Below are positions 60,747 to 64,000 of a DNA stretch of 64,000 bases, piece by piece. Every line of letters starts with the position of its first letter. The stretch's first letter is position 1. Source of the stretch: Bdellovibrionota bacterium (lineage in GTDB: Bacteria; Bdellovibrionota_C; UBA2361; CALJRW01); contig JBGSMD010000006.1 of assembly GCA_041740355.1 (NCBI GenBank), positions 64,001 to 128,000 of the forward strand. The letters run 5' to 3'. A program made the position numbers and the translations under genes. The notes under the pieces were generated by a model. That model made no database searches, had not been told where the DNA came from, and worked only from the letters and a program-made list of their open reading frames with translations.

Positions 60747-60893
60747 TATAGGAAGTCCAAAAAGTAATTTACGTAAGGAAACTACTTTTTGGGGCTTTCT
60801 ATCCCCCGGTGGGATAGTAAAATCATATAGTTATTACAAGAAGCAAGTTGTTCTATTATATTTAAATGTAATTTATTTTTTGTAATAACTATA
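60747..60893 (+). repeat. Family A palindromic element (full)
   Basis: tataggaagtccaaaaagtaattt..actttttggggctttctatcccccggtgggat..tatagttattacaa..ttgtaataactata. Confidence 0.85.
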
Positions 60894-61060
60894 ATTATTG
60901 GTAATTTTTATTGTTAGGATACTTTAAAATACTTGAAGTAAAGAAACATTCTCGCTATAACATTTTATTAATAAATTTTGTAAATCCAAGCATTCTTTTC
61001 AAAAAAGTTTTGAAAACCTGAGTTTGGGCTTGTTATCTGTTTTGTAATTAAGATTATCTA

Positions 61061-64000
61061 ATGCAAGTAAGTCGTATCGAAATATTTGGGTTTAAGTCCT
61101 TTATGGACCGGTTGGTTTTGTCGCTTGATTCTGGTGTTACTGGAATTGTCGGACCAAATGGTTGTGGTAAATCGAATATCGTAGATGCGGTGCGTTGGGT
61201 ATTAGGTGAAACCAGAGCAAAAAATCTTCGTGGTGGTGTACTTGAAGACGTTATCTTTAATGGTACGGAAAAACTCCGACCGCTGGGTTTAGCTGAGGTT
61301 TCCTTAACTCTTAAGGCAGAATCGGATAATTTCTTACAGGATTTAATGTCGCCTGACTTAGAAGCGCAGATGATTGCGGAAATGGCTAATCAGGAAATGG
61401 TTGTGGATGCGGAAGAAGATTTTGATTTACCAGAGACAGAGGTTAATGAATTAGGTCTGGAGTTAACAGCTGGTGGATTTAAAGAAGATCTTTCAGAAGA
61501 AGAAGCCACGATGGATTTACGTTCTAAGATGGAAGTTTCTCGAGCTAATATTACTAGCCTTAGCATTGGAAGCTTGCTTGAAAAGTTTTCTTGGTTAAAA
61601 AGTGCTACTGAAGTTCAAGTTACAAGACGCTTATATCGTAGTGGCGAATCAGAGTTTTTTCTTAATCGTGTTCCTTGCCGATTAAAAGATTTGAAAGATT
61701 TTTTTAGAGCCGTTGGTTTAAGTGCTAAGGGTTTTACAATTGTGGCGCAAGGTGAGATTTCCAATATTATTACTTCAAAACCAGAGCAACGACGTAAGTT
61801 ATTAGAAGAAGCTGCCGGAGTTCAAGGTTTTCGTGATCGAATTAACTCCACACAGTCAAGATTAAATGAGACTACTGTTAATATTGAAAGATTAGATGAC
61901 ATTATTAAAGAAGTTAGTCGACAAGTCACGTCACTAAGAAAGCAAGCGATTCGTGCTGAGAATCGGGAAGAATTAAAAGCCGAAATTTTAGATTTAGACT
62001 GGCAGATTTATAAGCATCAATTAGTCACTTTACAGCAAAGGGGACAACAGATTCAGGCTAAGCTAGCGGAAGCTTTGGCTGCGGAAGAATTGGCCGATAA
62101 AAATTTCCAAGAGTCTCGTGGAAATGATCAATCATTAAGAGATGAATTAGTTGAGCTAGATAATCAAAGTGATTTATTCCGGGCGCAACTTGATCAATTT
62201 CGCAATCAATTAACTTCCATTGTTAATGAGCGCGCCAAGCGCGCCAATCGTTTAAGCCAACTTAAGAGTAATTTAAATTCTGCTGAAAATGAAAAAGGTT
62301 CTTTTGCTGAAAGAGTTCAACTTTTAACCGAGCGGGAAGAGCAAGCCCGTGCCGGGCAAGAAGAAATTAAAAAGCAGCGCGCTGAATTACAGCATGAAAT
62401 CGATCAGGTGGATCAAAAATCTAATCAGGCTGCCGAAAATTCCTATCAGAATCTTAAAACAATCAGGGAAAAACTGCAGGAGAAAGAAAAAGAGTATCGC
62501 CGTCTCCGGGAGTCTTCAGTTTCCTATAATACTGAATTTAACACGCTTTCTAAACAAATTGAGTCCAACCTAAAACCCCATGAGCTAAAAAACTTAGCTC
62601 GCGAGCTTGGCCTAGGACAGGATATTAAAGTATTACTTGATGGTATTAAAGTTGAGAAGCAGTATGCAGAAGCATTAGAAGCCGTGCTAAGTGACCGTGC
62701 ATCATTTATTATAAATGATAATCCTGAAGCTTTAGCAAAAAGTTTTGCTAGTAAAAATCTTAAATCTAAAATTTCTTTAGGAATTATTAAGTCCGAAGTG
62801 ATTACGGCTATTAATCCAACTGTAACGCCTTTCCCCGCATTATTTTCGTTAATTTCTTGTGAGCCGGAGTTTGCCAGTGCCGTCTGGAGTGTTGTTAAAG
62901 ATTATTACTTAGTTCCTAGCCTAGAAGAAGCTTGGGCTTATTTTCAAAACAATCAAGACTCTCAAATTTGCTTAGTAACTCCAGAAGGTGTTCTGGTTCA
63001 ACCTAATTTAGTTTACTTTGCTTCTAAAAGCAGTGGACTTCTAAAAATCAAAGCTCGAATTGAAGAACTTAGTGAATTTATCGGCAAAAGTAATTCTGAA
63101 CTTGAGATTACTAAGTCGGCCCAAGAGCAGCTAGCGCTTGATCTGAAAAATGCTCAGAAAGTTTATGATGCTGAGCAAGCTGAAATCCGTGCTAACCAAG
63201 CTAAGACTAGAGAATTAGTTAATCGCTTGGGTGCGCTAAATGGACGCTTACAAGCTGAGTCGCGGGTAATTGATCAAATCACTTTTGACTTATCGAAAGT
63301 CAGATCAAGTATTGAGGCTAATAAACAGAGAATTGCACAATTTACAGGGGAGTTAAATGATTTTGAAACTCAACCCGGAGTTGATTCTGAACAAGAAGTA
63401 AAGTTACAAGCCGAGTTAGAAAAAGTTACTGCGCAATATCAGGAGCACGAGCAAAAACATAAGGCTAAAAGGCAAGAATATCAGGCTGTAAATAATCAAA
63501 TTAATGGACTTCGCGATCGTTTAGATGTTGCTAGGAGAAATACCTCTGAAGTTCGCTTGATGGAACAAAAACGCGATCTAGAACAATTATCTACAGTGGA
63601 AAGAATTATTGCGGATTACGGGGTTGACTATGCCGAAACATATCAAGTTAGCGAATTAAGTGAAGGGTCGCTACTGGAGTTAAATACATTTAATGCCGCT
63701 CGTGAAAAACTAAATCAACTAAAATCTAAGCTTCTTCGTGAGGGTGAAATTGATCCAGAATCAATTCTTAGATATCAAGAAGAGAGTCAGCGATTAGAAG
63801 ATTTAGAGTTGCAACGTAAAGATTTATCCGATGCCCTTCGTACGATAAAACAATCATTAGAGCAGCTAACAATTACTTCAGTTAAACGATTTCAAGAAAC
63901 ATTTGCTAAGGTTTCTGATAACTTCTCTCGTTTAATTCCAAAATTATTCGGTGGTGGAATGGGTAGTTTAGAATTAACAGATCCAAATAATCCTTTAGAT
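61061..64000 (+). CDS. smc: Chromosome segregation protein SMC (3'-truncated by window)
   Basis: Not in ORF track. MQVSRIEIFGFKSF, Walker A GPNGCGKSN, TRRLYRSGESEF, EEAAG, coiled coils, hinge, and LFGGG near the window end in the same frame. Confidence 0.97.
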   Translation, partial: MQVSRIEIFGFKSFMDRLVLSLDSGVTGIVGPNGCGKSNIVDAVRWVLGETRAKNLRGGVLEDVIFNGTEKLRPLGLAEVSLTLKAESDNFLQDLMSPDLEAQMIAEMANQEMVVDAEEDFDLPETEVNELGLELTAGGFKEDLSEEEATMDLRSKMEVSRANITSLSIGSLLEKFSWLKSATEVQVTRRLYRSGESEFFLNRVPCRLKDLKDFFRAVGLSAKGFTIVAQGEISNIITSKPEQRRKLLEEAAGVQGFRDRINSTQSRLNETTVNIERLDDIIKEVSRQVTSLRKQAIRAENREELKAEILDLDWQIYKHQLVTLQQRGQQIQAKLAEALAAEELADKNFQESRGNDQSLRDELVELDNQSDLFRAQLDQFRNQLTSIVNERAKRANRLSQLKSNLNSAENEKGSFAERVQLLTEREEQARAGQEEIKKQRAELQHEIDQVDQKSNQAAENSYQNLKTIREKLQEKEKEYRRLRESSVSYNTEFNTLSKQIESNLKPHELKNLARELGLGQDIKVLLDGIKVEKQYAEALEAVLSDRASFIINDNPEALAKSFASKNLKSKISLGIIKSEVITAINPTVTPFPALFSLISCEPEFASAVWSVVKDYYLVPSLEEAWAYFQNNQDSQICLVTPEGVLVQPNLVYFASKSSGLLKIKARIEELSEFIGKSNSELEITKSAQEQLALDLKNAQKVYDAEQAEIRANQAKTRELVNRLGALNGRLQAESRVIDQITFDLSKVRSSIEANKQRIAQFTGELNDFETQPGVDSEQEVKLQAELEKVTAQYQEHEQKHKAKRQEYQAVNNQINGLRDRLDVARRNTSEVRLMEQKRDLEQLSTVERIIADYGVDYAETYQVSELSEGSLLELNTFNAAREKLNQLKSKLLREGEIDPESILRYQEESQRLEDLELQRKDLSDALRTIKQSLEQLTITSVKRFQETFAKVSDNFSRLIPKLFGGGMGSLELTDPNNPLD

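Noticed and set aside
8989-60893. Family A/B repeats as a CRISPR array or integron attC sites
   Set aside because: Copies are dispersed in both orientations between housekeeping genes, with no regular spacers, cas genes or integrase.
2330-62573. Many 60-150 aa ORFs overlapping long genes (e.g. 2330, 7086, 17453, 43070, 46342, 62349)
   Set aside because: Antisense or off-frame shadows of well-supported CDSs with no motifs.

Overview
AT-rich (roughly one-third GC by eye) bacterial chromosome segment. Gene content (DUF4390-NtrY pair, zinc-ribbon/DUF3426 protein, Geobacter-type PutA halves, FHA proteins) suggests a deltaproteobacteria-like lineage such as Bdellovibrionota or Myxococcota relatives; this placement is inference only. 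Most of the window is housekeeping: uvrBC, rne, scpAB-rluB, tatA, rlmB, rdgB, trmL, fpr, map, PBP1B, yebC-ruvA, pckG, ruvB, pgsA and a 3'-truncated smc. The standout is 15.5-25.8 kb, a strongly degenerate type III export-gate locus (SctJ, FliG-N-like and FliM/SctQ-like proteins, SctR/S/T, SctU lacking its NPTH domain, a TPR chaperone). It is preceded by FHA proteins and a near-consensus sigma28 promoter and followed by two divergent FliA-like sigma factors. SctR has lost the Met-Met-Met gate, and no SctV, SctN, secretin or needle gene is in the window. Other points: a short type IV pilin missed by the ORF track and frameshifted in a poly-A tract; at least two families of dispersed intergenic palindromic elements with compensatory changes and self-nesting; an SMC with an acidic head insertion and degenerate hinge motif; a split putA; and no ruvC next to yebC-ruvA. 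The ORF track gives the wrong strand for 14751..15134 (it is minus). No tRNA, rRNA, CRISPR array or transposase was recognised.
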